From: Chiloscyllium plagiosum
Lineage: Eukaryota
Reading direction: 5' to 3'
Assembly: GCF_004010195.1 (NCBI RefSeq)
Contig: NC_057718.1
Location: 79,317,643 to 79,376,213, forward strand
Length of the DNA stretch: 58,571 bases
The notes below the pieces were generated by a model. That model was not told the origin of the DNA, did no database searches, and worked only from the letters and a program-made list of their open reading frames with translations. Both the position numbers and the translations under genes were made by a program. Position 1 is the stretch's first letter, and each line of letters opens with the position of its first letter. Positions 38,101 to 50,228 of this stretch are shown one piece after another.

Positions 38101-39950
38101 CTGTTAGCTTCTCTGGATCATCTAGCTGCATCAGTGATACAGTTGAAGTGACAGTCCAGAATAACTGGTCTGGATATTACTGGCAGCAGTGGTCTGAACG
38201 ATGGCTAGACGTTCACTCTTTACCTCCAGGGCACATGCATTAATTAGTCACAGTGGAGCATTTCTGTACATAACATCTGCAACGAGGATGTGCTCATCCA
38301 CTTCCTCCTTAACCTCTGAGATGATAAAGTTGCCTCCTCACAGCAGAATACCTAGGCTGGAGGATCGGCAATCATTACTCAAATCCAAGGCCTGTGGGCC
38401 TGTAAGCTCAACCATTTCCTGTAGCTGCTGAGGTGTAGTACCTCACACTCCTGCAGAAAAAGGACATCCGGTTTGACTTTGGCCAAAGTGAAAACATTGC
38501 AAAGTGGCTTTTATGCTACACACGTTTAGGCTGGCAATGTTCAAACCATTGTTAAGATATTTTTAGATCACCATATTGTCCAATAAAGATTTAAGACTGA
38601 TCCAATTGCTGGCCGAGCTCCTGCATCCCAGTGGTATATGTAAACTTTTGTACTTTCACAGGGCTGAGGTAGCTGTCCTATTCCTCTTGCGGGTGTTATC
38701 CTGACCACGTGTCATTGGGGCAGAGACGAAGCCAGGAAGGTCAGATTTCATGTTGTGCTCCTAATTGTGCAGAGTTGTTGTTGTGCTCAGCTCCTGGTTT
38801 CCTGGAGCTGTGCTGTGCTTGGTACCTTTATGTTCCTGACATCAGGAAATGGGGATTTGCATGGCCTCTCACGTTTCCAGGTCAGGGGTGCTCATCTCCT
38901 TCCCCATCTTGGTGCTTTGCCCCTTCTGTTTATGGCAAACCTCCCGTAAGTCTTCATTGGAAAAGCAATCACTGGCGTGTTCTTCATACAACTTGCTCTT
39001 TCCATTCTGTTGGCCTGTGGTAGCCCTGTGAGATTGAAGGATTTTCCATTTGTGGTTTTTCCTCACCAGCTGCCACATACTCCCCTGTCACTGTCTCCTC
39101 TTCCATTGGTTTTCAGTTGGTTTATGACTTTCTGGAATATCTTCCTTTCTTTTCCTGCAAGTCTTGCCTTCCTTCTGACGCCGAGAAAGTGAAGACTGCA
39201 GATGCTGGAGATCAGAGATGAGAGTATGGTGCTGGAAGAACACAACAGGTCACGCAGCATCCGAGGAGCAGGAGAGTTGATGTTTCAGGCATAAGCCCTT
39301 CATTCCTGATGAAGGGCTTATGTCCGAAACATCGATTCTCTTGCTCCTCCTATGCTACCTGACCTACTGTGCTTTTCCAGCACTACACTCCCAACTTCCT
39401 TCTGACTATCCCTTTTCTCAGTTGTCTTATTGGAGGGTGGCATCCTGCTGTTCTTTTGGGTTCCACTGCTTGTGTTGCCACTTCTGGCCAATTACACATA
39501 TGGGTTTCTCCACCACTCATGTCTTGCTCAGGCCTTTGCAGGCCTGTTTTCCAACAAAGGTTGCACTTGGACTCTTTGCAGTCCTTAGTCAGGTGCCCCT
39601 CCTTATACCAGTTTCTATAGAGTCACTTTGCAGTCTGCTGCCATGTGCCCTGACCTCCTACAGGTTCAGCACACTCTCTATGTTGCCCCAGCATCAGGGA
39701 GCCTCACCTCCCTTCAATCACAAAACAGGAGGATGTTTCCACTGGCATCCACCTTCAGGGTCACTTTAACCTGCCACTTGCTGGTCCAGATTCGAAAGGG
39801 GTCCACTGCATTGGTGCTGCCTCCTTCAAGCTGTACATACCTTCCCAGGAAGGTCAAGACATCTGTTATCAGGACGTGGCATTTGTACATATGGATTGTA
39901 ACATCTTGGCTTCACTGCGCTGGGAGGACAAACAACGGTGCCGCATAACA
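35105..39950 (-). mobile_element. Tx1/L1-clade non-LTR retrotransposon, decayed
   Basis: ORF 36373-36891 with SLDQEKAFDRISH and VKASLDMDD (decayed YMDD); aataaagtata on the minus strand near 35110; endonuclease and ORF1 debris to about 39950. Confidence 0.75.
39180..39394. mobile_element. Penelope-like fold-back insertion with hammerhead motif
   Basis: 12-bp TSD cttccttctgac (39168-39179, 39395-39406); CTGATGA-A-GGGC-TTAT-GTCC-GAAACATC at 39306-39333. Confidence 0.85.
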
Positions 39951-40567
39951 CTGAACTATCAATATCTTCCAGGTAAGCTACTTAGGACATTAAAACTTAT
40001 TCTGCACCAGGCTGATAAATAAATTTGACCAAATTTCACTGGAATTATTCACTGATCATTTTCATCTGAAAGGTCAACAGATACATTCAAATATTTTCTG
40101 TAGATTGATAGAGGAATGCAAAATGATTTTAATCAGTCTGAACCACTAGCCTTATGAGACCTACATCATTCCTCTTGATAATTTCTAATTAACTTGATAA
40201 GAGATACAATTACACAATTCTGGATCAGGTGGGATTTGAACCCAGGTCTCCTGGCTCAGAGTTAGTCACCACAAGATCCCACATCTCTTTATTCCTATGC
40301 CCTTCCTCTCCCTTCAATCACGGCCAATGACGTGTCTCCATTCAGCTGTAGCTTTCTGACAATGTACTCATCACATGTGAGCTATTAGTTTTATTATTAC
40401 CAAATTAAACTAATACCAATGGGTTCACTTTTCTAAAGAAGAATTCACAATTTTGATATGAGTATGATTCATATTCTCAAAACAAAAAGTACTGATTGTA
40501 GAATTAATGTATCTGTTTTTCCAGGTATGGAAAAACTTCAAACAAACTGAAACAACCTGAAGGAACA

Positions 40568-40737
40568 ATTTTGTTTATCTATGGTGGCGATTTTCCTAAC
40601 GGTACTAGAAAATCTTTTTGATGATTTTGTTTATCCATGGTAGCGATTTTCCTAATGGTACTAGAAAATCTTTTTGATGATTTTGTTTATCCATGGTGGC
40701 GATTTTCCTAACGGTACTAGAAAATCTTTTTGATGAT
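40568..40737. repeat. Tandem repeat, 3 x 56 bp
   Basis: Units start at 40568, 40624 and 40680, with only a few substitutions. Confidence 0.95.
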
Positions 40738-40812
40738 CCATGCCAAAAACAGAAACTTCCTTAGCTGCTTAACTTGGCCATCGACCTGAAGTCAAAATTT
40801 TATCTCTAGTAC

Positions 40813-41014
40813 TAGATTAGATACGAAACAGGTCCTTCTGCCCAACAAGTCCACACCGACCCTCTGAAGAGCAACCCACCCAGTTCCATTCCCCCACCCT
40901 ATATTTACCCTTGACTAATGCACCTAACACTATGGGCAATTTAGTGTGGCCAATTCACCTGGCCTGCACATCTTTGGATTGTGGGAGGAAACCAGAGCTC
41001 CCGGAGAAAACCCA
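40813..41014 (-). mobile_element. 5'-truncated HE1-like SINE
   Basis: Reverse tail plus part of the V domain. Confidence 0.85.
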
Positions 41015-41756
41015 GTATTTGAACAGCAACCTTCCTCTTACCAGTTATATCTACATATTAGATCTCTTTACCCACCAATGTAATCCTTCAATGCACTTGT
41101 TGCCTCACCCCGGACCCTCCAGATGCTGCAGTGCCCAGGGATGGGAGGACTAGCTGGGGCCAGGGCTTTTGCTGCTCCTGTTCCCCCTAACCTGCTGTTC
41201 TCCCTTGCCACCTCCCCAATCAGCTTTTCAGCACTCAGCCTCAGACCCTGGGCAAAACCAACCACTCCATATAATGCACCTCCTGAACAGCATGGAGAAG
41301 GCCATGTGGGGAGGCAGCACCAGTGGAGAGCTACTCTGCAGTTTTTATATGAGGAGGGAAAGCTCCATGTCGTCAGCCCAGCCTTCCAAATCTACTCAGC
41401 CCAGCCTCTGCCTGCCCATCACCTTCAGTGTCCTCCTCAATCCCTTTCTCATGCTCAGCCAGTAGAAAACTGAGCAACTTCCCAGGTGATGTTAGCAGCC
41501 CACGCATGAGTATGGCAGGCTTAGTGAGGTCATTTGCACAAGCTCTGCTGCTAATATCATTGCACACTGAATGTGGTAACATTACTGGTGCATGCACAAA
41601 TGCTTTCTGGCATTGTGATATCAATGATGCATGAGCAGACCCTTGATGTGGCCAACATCATGGACTGTGACTGCATGGGCAGGACCATTTTGGCATTCTG
41701 AATAATCACAATAATAAAAGGGGCAATTTTCAGCATCTTAAACATGGACGTTTTAA

Positions 41757-42645
41757 ATGGACAATGGGCTGAAAAATGGCAGACAGAGTTCAATCTGGAT
41801 AAATACGAGTTGTTGCATTTTAGTCCAACAAATAGGGACAGGACTTGTACAATCAATGATAGGGCTGTGAATAATGTTATAGAACAGAGGGACCTAGGGG
41901 TTCAGGTACATCACATATAGATAGGGTAGTTGAAAAGGTTTTTAGCATGCTTACCCTCAAGATGTTTGAGTATAGGAGTTAGGAAGTCATGTTGAGGTTG
42001 TACAGATAATTGGTGAGTCCTCTTCTGGAGTACTGTGTCCAGTTCTGGTTAGTCAATTATCAGAAGGATATTATTAAACTGGAGAGGATTCAGAAGAGAT
42101 TTACCTGGGTGCTGCTGGATTTGGAAGGTTTGACTTATAAAGAAAGACTGGGACTTTTTTCACTGGAGAATAGGAGGCTGAGAGGTGACCTTATGTAAGT
42201 TTATAAAATAATAAGGTGTATAGGTAGGGTTAATAGTAGGTGTCATTTCCCTCGAATGGAGGATTTCAAGACTAGGGGCCACTTGTTAAGGTGAGAGGAG
42301 AGAGATTTAAAAAGACATGAGGGGCAATTTCTTTAGGTAAAAACAATGACTGCAGATGCTGGAAACCAGATTCTGGATTAGTGGTGCTGGAAGAGCACAG
42401 CAGTTCAGGCAATTTTTACACAGAGGGTGTTCACGTATGGAATGAACTTCCTAAGGAAGTGGTGGATGTGGGCCCAGTTACAACATTAGATAAGTGCATG
42501 AATATGAAAGATTTGGAGGGGTATGGGCCAGGAGTGAGCAGGTAGGACTAGTTTAATTTGAGATTATGTTTGGCATGGACTGGTTTATGTTCATAGTGGA
42601 CTGGTTGGACTGACGGATCTTTTTCTGTGCTGTATTGACTCTATG
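41757..42645 (+). mobile_element. CR1 LINE 3' portion
   Basis: ORF 42010-42198 LEYCVQFW...LERIQKRFT...RRLRGDL; 3' tail. Confidence 0.88.
42333..42411 (-). mobile_element. Young Penelope-like terminal fragment nested in CR1
   Basis: One mismatch versus 58438-58516; ggcaattt duplicated at 42323-42330 and 42408-42415. Confidence 0.8.
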
Positions 42646-43040
42646 GTGGGTACTTTAATAGCAATACATTGACGTGTTGTTTCAGATTGCAATATTTTGT
42701 ATATTTGAGAAGATGTATATTTGCAGAAGGTGACACTTTGCAATATTGAAAATGGAAGAAATTTTAATACATTCAATTGCCTAAAAGTTCAGACATCTGT
42801 AGCAGTTCTAAATCCTAATTATTAATTATTTGAAATAAAGAAAATATCCAGAAATTAAGAGAAATAAAAAGTCTGAACTCACATTTATTTAGTGCCATTC
42901 TCAATCTGAGGAAATTCCACAGTGTTACCCTTCATCTAGCACTCTGGAAACTGCTGTAATATAGGAAACCTGGCAACCAGATTGCACGTAACAAAATTGC
43001 ACAAACAGCATTAAGATAATAATTAAGTGTCTGTTTTAGT

Positions 43041-43139
43041 AACAAAAACAGAAGTTGCTGGAAAAGCTCAGCAGATCTGGCAGCATCAGTGAAGACAAGT
43101 CAAAGTGATTGTTTCAGGTGCAGTGACCCTTCCTCAGAT
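43041..43139 (-). mobile_element. Penelope-like terminal repeat insertion ending at a hammerhead core
   Basis: 11-bp TSD tctgttttagt (43030-43040, 43140-43150); minus strand CTGAGGA-A-GGGT(cactgc)ACCT-GAAAC. Confidence 0.8.
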
Positions 43140-43829
43140 TCTGTTTTAGTGATATCAATTAACAGATAAATGTTGGTCAGATCATCAGAGAAAACCATCT
43201 GCTCTTTGGGTAGTGAGTTATGATCTTTTACATCCATCTGAGAGTTAGGGTTTTCTCTTTGTATAACTTACATTAAAACACAGCATTGCCACTTGAGACT
43301 GATCACTTTCTGAATAATTAAGTATGCTTGATTTTGTTATCAGGGATTAGGTCATCCTCATCACCCAATGGAATCACTGACAGACAGTCTTTGAAATCTT
43401 GGTTTTGTTTGAGAAGGAGATGTATCAACAGAAAAACTTTTGTTCCAGAGACGCTAATTCACTACATATCTTAACGAATGTTCTGCGCTCTGTCAGAGCT
43501 ACCAGGCGTCTGGTAATATTTTATAATAAAATTGACTCAAAAGTTTATTTCCTCAACTGGTGCATAACTTCAAATTTCTTTATTCAGCATTGCTTCTCTA
43601 ACTTATCATTGTGAATCTCAGCACTAGGCAACACACTGAAAATATTAAGAAAATCAGTAATGGAGCATCAGCTGGCACTGTTGGTTATGTTTGTAGTTGA
43701 TATGGCTGAGTTGCCAGGACAATTGGCTAGACCAAAGCTGATGTTGATTAATAAAGCAAGCAAATGTTATGAACTAATTTTCATTCATAACAGAGCAGAC
43801 TTAGTAATAACTCAATTGGACTATCATGA

Positions 43830-43920
43830 TAAATAAAGAACTGCAAATACTGATGATCAGAAATGAAAACAGAAATTGCTGGCAAAACTCAGCAGATCCG
43901 GCAGCATCTGTGAGGAGAAA
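43830..43920 (-). mobile_element. Penelope-like terminal fragment
   Basis: aaaacagaaattgctggcaaaactcagcagatccggcagcatctg. Confidence 0.65.
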
Positions 43921-44294
43921 TTCAGTACCGTAAGAAAAAGGAGTGAATATTGAAGCCAGTGAACAGAGTGCAAATCATGTGGATTTTTATTTCCAAATTA
44001 TGTTGAACTTCTTGAATTCTTTTGAAGCTGCACTTATCTAAGTGAGTTGTTAGCATTCCATCTCACTGTGATTTGTGCCGTATAGGTGGCGAAATGCTTT
44101 AGGATGTAGAAAGTCAATCACTCATTGCACAGATTGCATGAATGACTCTTCTAGTTAAATTTCTGGTTATTGCTCATAGGCAATTCATTAATGGGAATTG
44201 TAAGAACATTTAAGAAATGATCATATATGGTCAAACAATCCCAGCTTTCATTTTTGCTTAGAGAATCACATCTGTGAATTACAAATTTTAGAAT

Positions 44295-44471
44295 AAAGTT
44301 AAACATCACACAACACCAGGTTATAGCCTAGCAGGCTTATTTGGAAGTGCTGCTCCTAGCTATCTGACAAAGGAGCAGCCCTCCAAAAGTTAGTGCTTCC
44401 AAATAAGCCTGCTGGACTATTGTGTGATTTTTAATCTTGGCCATCCCAGTCCAACATTGGCATCTCCTCAT
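44295..44471. mobile_element. Penelope-like fold-back insertion (GGAGC family)
   Basis: 13-bp TSD caaattttagaat (44282-44294, 44472-44484); inverted arms; decayed core ctgacaaaggagcagccctccaaaag. Confidence 0.8.
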
Positions 44472-45580
44472 CAAATTTTAGAATGGCACAGTTCAATGAT
44501 TTTTTTTGAGTTGTCTGAAAATTTAGGATTGATATGGAAAGTCTATATTTTTCTTGACCAAACTAAACTCTGGTCCATAGCGATTTAATTAGCTTATTTC
44601 CCTACATACTGACAAGGTATAATTAATCCCTCAGTACTAATCACTGTGATGAATTAATTTATAATTCTTAAGGTTAATGTCTTATCATTGCACTTTATTA
44701 TATACTAACTGTCAAATTCAATAATTATAAAATTTATTTTGTGGATTTCACTTGTTTAAAAAAATCTATAAAAATCTATAATGTCCTAACATAAGAATAA
44801 TCTGAATTTAAACCAGCTTTTCTGATTTTAATGCTTGTTAAAGTACAAGCTATACTGTATCAAGTCAAACTATTAAAACAAAATCATGACTGAATTAAGC
44901 ACAAAACATTGTTATGTGTCTGAGTTCACAAGACAAAGCACAGATGAATATGTTTCATGAGCATGGAAAACTCTCCACTTAGAAGAGATGTGGACATTGT
45001 CAGATGAAAAATTAACTGAAGACCTGCCTAGGCTTTCACATGGACATAGAGAAATCTATGCCTTTAGTTTGAAGGACAGTAGGTGAGTCCTACCAGGCAG
45101 TATTTATTTATGGACAAAATCATTAAAACCATGTTACTTTTCAATTTATGTTTGCTAGTTACAGGAGCTTGCTGTGCCAAATTAGCTGCCATACTTCCTA
45201 CAGGACAACAATAATTACAATTCAAAAATATTCCACTGATTGTGTAAAGTGTTTTGGATCATCTTCAGGCCATGAAAGGTGCTACAAATCTCCTGTTTTT
45301 ATAACTCTGCATATCAAGGAACTGCAAAAGTAAAATTTAAAATTTCAAAAAGACTAAGCCCAATCAAAAATCTTGTATGTGTATGTGGTTGGTATTTTAC
45401 TTAAAATGAGATAATTCAAAATTAGTTACATTTTTAAAGCAATGTAACTGTTTGAGTTTGTCCCCAAAATAACTTAAAACTTGGTAAATCCATATAAAGA
45501 ATTCCACTAGTGTGATAGTGCATTGAAACTGAGTGCCCTAGATTGCATAATGGATTTGGGCTGAGGTCCTTAATGTGTTA

Positions 45581-45789
45581 AAAAACAAAAAACTGCTGGA
45601 AATCACAGCAAGTCAGGCAGCCTCTGTGGAGAGAGAGCAAGCTAATGTTTTGAGTCTTGATGACTCTTTATCAGAGCTCTGACTCGAAATGTTAGCCTGC
45701 TGTCTCTCACGGATGTTGCCTGACCCACTGTGATTTCTAGCATTTTTCATTTTCAATACAGATTCCAGCATCAGCATAATTTGCTCTTC
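45581..45789. mobile_element. Penelope-like fold-back insertion (GAGTC/GACTC family)
   Basis: 9-bp TSD aatgtgtta (45572-45580, 45790-45798); inverted arms; minus-strand ctgataaaGAGTCatcaaGACTC. Confidence 0.75.
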
Positions 45790-48514
45790 AATGTGTTACT
45801 TAATTTTTTATGAGCTATACACCAGGATATCCTATTAAAATAATTTCAAATTAAATTATCAATTTTTTACTGTTGAATGGCATCAGGCACAGATGAAACT
45901 CATGCAATATCATCTGCTTGCTATACTGGAAGTGAAGATTGCTTCTAAAGTTGTGTGGCATTGAGAAGCAAAGGAAGAAGATGGACCCAAGTCTGAGGTT
46001 GGACTTGAAATGCTTTCAATATGATGCTTGCTGAAAGTGTCAAGAAGGATTTTTTTTTAACAGGTGTGATTTTTTTGTGAGTCTGAGGGTGAACACAGGT
46101 CATTAGAGGAAATGTTCTTTTGCTACTTCACACTTCATTTGAGTAGATTTATGTGGCTGATAGTTAAAAATAACAAAAAAAAGTAGACCAGAAATAACTG
46201 CTGATCATAGTGAACTGATAGTTACAGCCCTCTTAAAAATCCCAGGAGGTTAAATTGCTTTCTACAAGTCATGCGAAGCAGGTTCATAATGAATTGGCAT
46301 TTGTTCAAGTTAACAGTTTAGAAGTTTGGCTTGGTGTAAAACAAGTTATAGACTTCAATTTTATCCTTTCTATCTATTCCTTTTGTAGAAATGTTTACTT
46401 AAATAAAAGAAATAGGTTAAGCATTAGTTCTCTAACACTGCTAAAATGAAACCACATTATTCTGAAGCTTTATCTCTTTCCCCAGTTATCCCAACAACTT
46501 AATATGCTTGTGAAATAATTTAGGGATTTTTCTTAATTTTACCTGGGATCATACTTTCTTCCCCCTTTTTGCTCTCCTAATTTCCCTTTTAAATTCCCCC
46601 CTGCATATTCAGTACTCTGCTAGGGTGTCTGCTGTCTTTGTTGGTCCCACCCTTTATCTTTATTGGACCATGTTGGTCCTGTACTCTCTCTATTTCCTTC
46701 TTTAATGAACCCCATTGGTCTGACCCAGATTTATCTAAAGGTATCTGCTCCCACTCCACTCTGACCAAATCATACCTGACCTTAATGAAATCAGCCAGCC
46801 AAAGTTTAGAGCTTTGATTTCAGGCTCATCCAAAATACCACCTGTCCATTGCTACGCAACCATTAAAGAAGCCTCTGTCCCTTGTCCGCATTTTAGAAAA
46901 TCAAAGCATAATGCTGTGCTCCTCCTTACAGGCAGAAATTGAAGCATACAGAAAGTACTGCAGAAAGCAAAAGAGCTTCTACGGAACTACTTAGAGTTGG
47001 TAGACTGGACATAATCAAGAACTCAGTGACCAACCTAAACAAGTATGCCACTACCGTTACGTTAGTACATAGATGACAAATGCTGAAGAAGTTAATCCAA
47101 ATGTTCCCCAACCAGAAACCATGGAAGAACTAGGAGATCCGCTCCCTACTGAAATCCATGTCTGAGGTATTCAAGTTGGGTGACCCTGACCTATACAGGA
47201 AATCCAGGTATCAGCTTTGCATCAGGGACATCAAGAGGTAATACCAAACTAAGTTTGAGGCCCAGACTAACCACATTGACCCCTGTCATTTGTGGCAAGA
47301 CTTACACCACATAACCGGATACAAAACAAAGTCAAACTGAATCTCAGGCAACAATATATCCCTACCCACTGAGCTCAATGCATTTTATGCTCCCTTTGAA
47401 CTGAAGGGCAGTGAATTGATGCCACCCGTCCCAACAGCCTTAGATGCACCTATATTCTCAGTCACTGTCACAGACATTAGAACTGCCTTCTTAAGGGTGA
47501 ATCCACAGAAAGTGACCAGGTTGAATAGAGTCCCCAACTGTGCACTCATATCCTGCTAGCAGGACCAACCAGCGGGAGTATTCACAGATATCTTCAACCT
47601 CTCCTTACTATGATTTGAAGGCCCCACCTGCTTCAAGATGACCTCCATCATCCCAGTGCAAAAGAAAAATCATGCAGCGTGCCTCAATGATTACCACCTA
47701 GTGGCTCTTACATCCATAAATTTGAAATATTTCAAATGGTTGGTCATAACTCACATCAACGCCGGCCTCCCAGATTGCCTTGATCCCTTGCAATTCACCT
47801 AATGACACAACAGGTTCACAGCAGATGCCATCTTCCTGGCCCTACACTCATCCCAAGACAACAAAAATACCTGCGTCAAACTCCTACTTATTAACTACAG
47901 CTCCACCTACAACACCATAATTCCAAACAAACCCATCTCCAAACTCCAGGATCTAGGTCTCGGATCCCCCTTCTATAACTGGATTCTTGACTTCCTGACC
48001 TACAGATAGAATAGGTAACAATACCTCCTCCACGATAATCTTCAACACTGGCACTCTGCAAATCTATGTACTCAGCCCCCTACTATTCTCCTTATACACA
48101 CAGAAAATTGTGTGGCCAAATTCTGCACCAACTCCATTTACAAGTTTGCTTATGAAGCACTGTTGTAGGTTGGCTCTCAAACAATGACGAAGCTGAGTAC
48201 AGAAGGGAGAGAGAGTGCTTAGTGGCATGTTGTAAAGACAACAATCTCTCCATCAATATCAGCAAAATGACGGAACTGGTAATTGACTTCAAGGAACAGA
48301 ATAGAGAGCATGCCCTTGTATGCAAGCTGGTGCTGAGGTGGAGATGGTTAACCGCGTCAGGTTACTGGGAGTGATGATCACCAACAATCTGTCTTGGTGC
48401 AGCTGTGTTGACACTACAGTCAAGAAAGCACAACAAGACCTCTAATTTCTCAGGAGGCTAAGGAAATTCGGCATGTCCATAAAGCGTCTTACAATTTTTT
48501 CTACATGCACCATA

Positions 48515-48812
48515 GGGCGGCACAGTGGCACAGTGGTTAGCACTGCTGCCTCACAGCGCCAGAGACCCGCATTCAATTCCCGCCTCAGACGACTGACTGT
48601 GTGGAGTTTGCATGTTCTCCCCGTGTCTGCATGGGTTTCCTTCGGTTTCCTCCCACAGTCCAAAGATGTGCAGGCCAGGTGAATTGGCCATGCTAAATTG
48701 CCCGTAGTGTTAGGTAAGGGGTAAACGTAAGGGTAAGGGTGGGTTGCGCTTCGGCGGGGCGGTGTGGACTTGTTGGGCCGAAGGGCCTGTTTCCACACTG
48801 TAAGTAATCTAA
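48515..48812 (+). mobile_element. HE1-like SINE nested in Rex1/Babar
   Basis: Near-full copy; short atag duplication at the junctions. Confidence 0.9.
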
Positions 48813-49131
48813 TAGAAAGCATCCTATCTGGATGCATCACAGCATGGTATGGAAACTGCTCTTCCCTATACTGTAAGAAACTGTAGAGTTGTGAACACAG
48901 CCGGTCCATCAATCATCCAACTTCCTATTCATTGATTTTATCCAAACTTCCCACTGAATTAGGAAAGCAACCAATGTACTCAAAGACCCCTCCCACCCCA
49001 GTTATACTGTCTTCCACCCTCTTCCATCAGGCGGAAATAAATAAAAGTTTAAATACACAAAAAGGTTCAAGAACAGCTTCTTCGTCCTTGTTATCAGACT
49101 TTTAAATGGACTTCTAAAATTTTCATGTTGA

Positions 49132-49164
<33 letters not shown>

Positions 49165-49168
49165 CTCT
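49132..49168. repeat. (TC)n microsatellite
   Basis: TC run grading into TCTA, inside the LINE 3'UTR. Confidence 0.9.
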
Positions 49169-49779
49169 GCACCTGCTTGGCAGCTGTAACATTCTGTTCT
49201 GTTACCCTGATGCACTTGAATAGCACAATCTGCATGTAAAGCCAATAAAACAACACTTTTCACTGTACCTCGGTACATGTGACAGTAATAAATCAAATCA
49301 AAGCACCCTTGTCCCTTATCATAATAATTTTGAATCTATTAGTTATTTTGCTATCTGAAAAATGCTCCCCTACTGATACTTCAACCATTTACCCAGCTTT
49401 ATTACCTAAAATTAAGTCTAGGATTATCCCCTCACTGGTAGATCCTTCCACATACTGGCTTTAAAAGCTTTCCTGGATCCATTTTGAAAATTCAGTTCCC
49501 TCTAAACTTTTCACATTTTGACTACCCCAGTTAATTTTGGGAAAATTGAAATTCCCCACTACCACTACCATATTAAAATTACACTTCTGTCAGAAGTGAC
49601 TTCAGTCAATGACAATATATATTAACCCAGATGAAGAAGTGTGTAAAGTGGCTAAAGCTTCTGTTATTGACACTTTAATGATCTGTTTGATTGAACCTTT
49701 ATAGAGTTGAATTGTAAGAACAGTAGATTGGATGCTTTTTTCTAAACATGATATGTTTAACTTGTTGACGGTTTATGTT

Positions 49780-50228
49780 TCATTGGCTTTGTAAGGACAT
49801 GGAAGGCCCATGAGTTGGCATGCAGCTATAAGGTACCATTGGGATAGATGAATGAGATGGGTTGGCATTAAATTTACATAAGCACATGCAGGTGGCATGC
49901 AGAATGGGTTGATGATGATGGGGTATGAGGGGTGCAGTCTCAAAGGTCTAAAATGTAACCAAACAAGTAGAACAAAATCCCAGAGAACCAAAATAAATGT
50001 TTTAACTAGTTGCCTCAGCACTTGTCCACTCTTGTGGCCATCTCTGATCTGTTTCTGGGGTGAGTGGGCTTGATTCTGCCTACAATCACACTCTGCCACT
50101 GCCCAGTCCCCCACCATCAAGACAAAGTAGAAAAAATTGTATTATTCACAGGCCATTCTACCAAAGCAGGTGAGAGAAATTAGAGAATTTCCCAACCTGA
50201 GTTATCCGCCTTAGCAAAATTTCCGGCC
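49780..50228. mobile_element. Probable PIF/Harbinger DNA transposon end
   Basis: Ends aaaatttccggcc followed by TTA; reverse complement resembles 5898-5945. Confidence 0.4.

Larger units (their letters stand above)
46830..49302 (+). mobile_element. Rex1/Babar-clade LINE, decayed
   Basis: Frameshifted [49 protein letters not shown] motifs; (aaatc)n tail at 49290-49302. Confidence 0.8.

Noticed and set aside
39961..40530. CAG|GT recursive-splice-like sites at 39972 and 40524
   Set aside because: Short common motifs, host gene strand unknown, no supporting evidence
40568..40737. CRISPR-like array (hairpin-containing repeats)
   Set aside because: Units abut with no unique spacers, no cas genes, vertebrate context
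41050..41720. GC-richer block with several overlapping ORFs
   Set aside because: Possibly Harbinger-derived debris, but I could not identify a diagnostic motif
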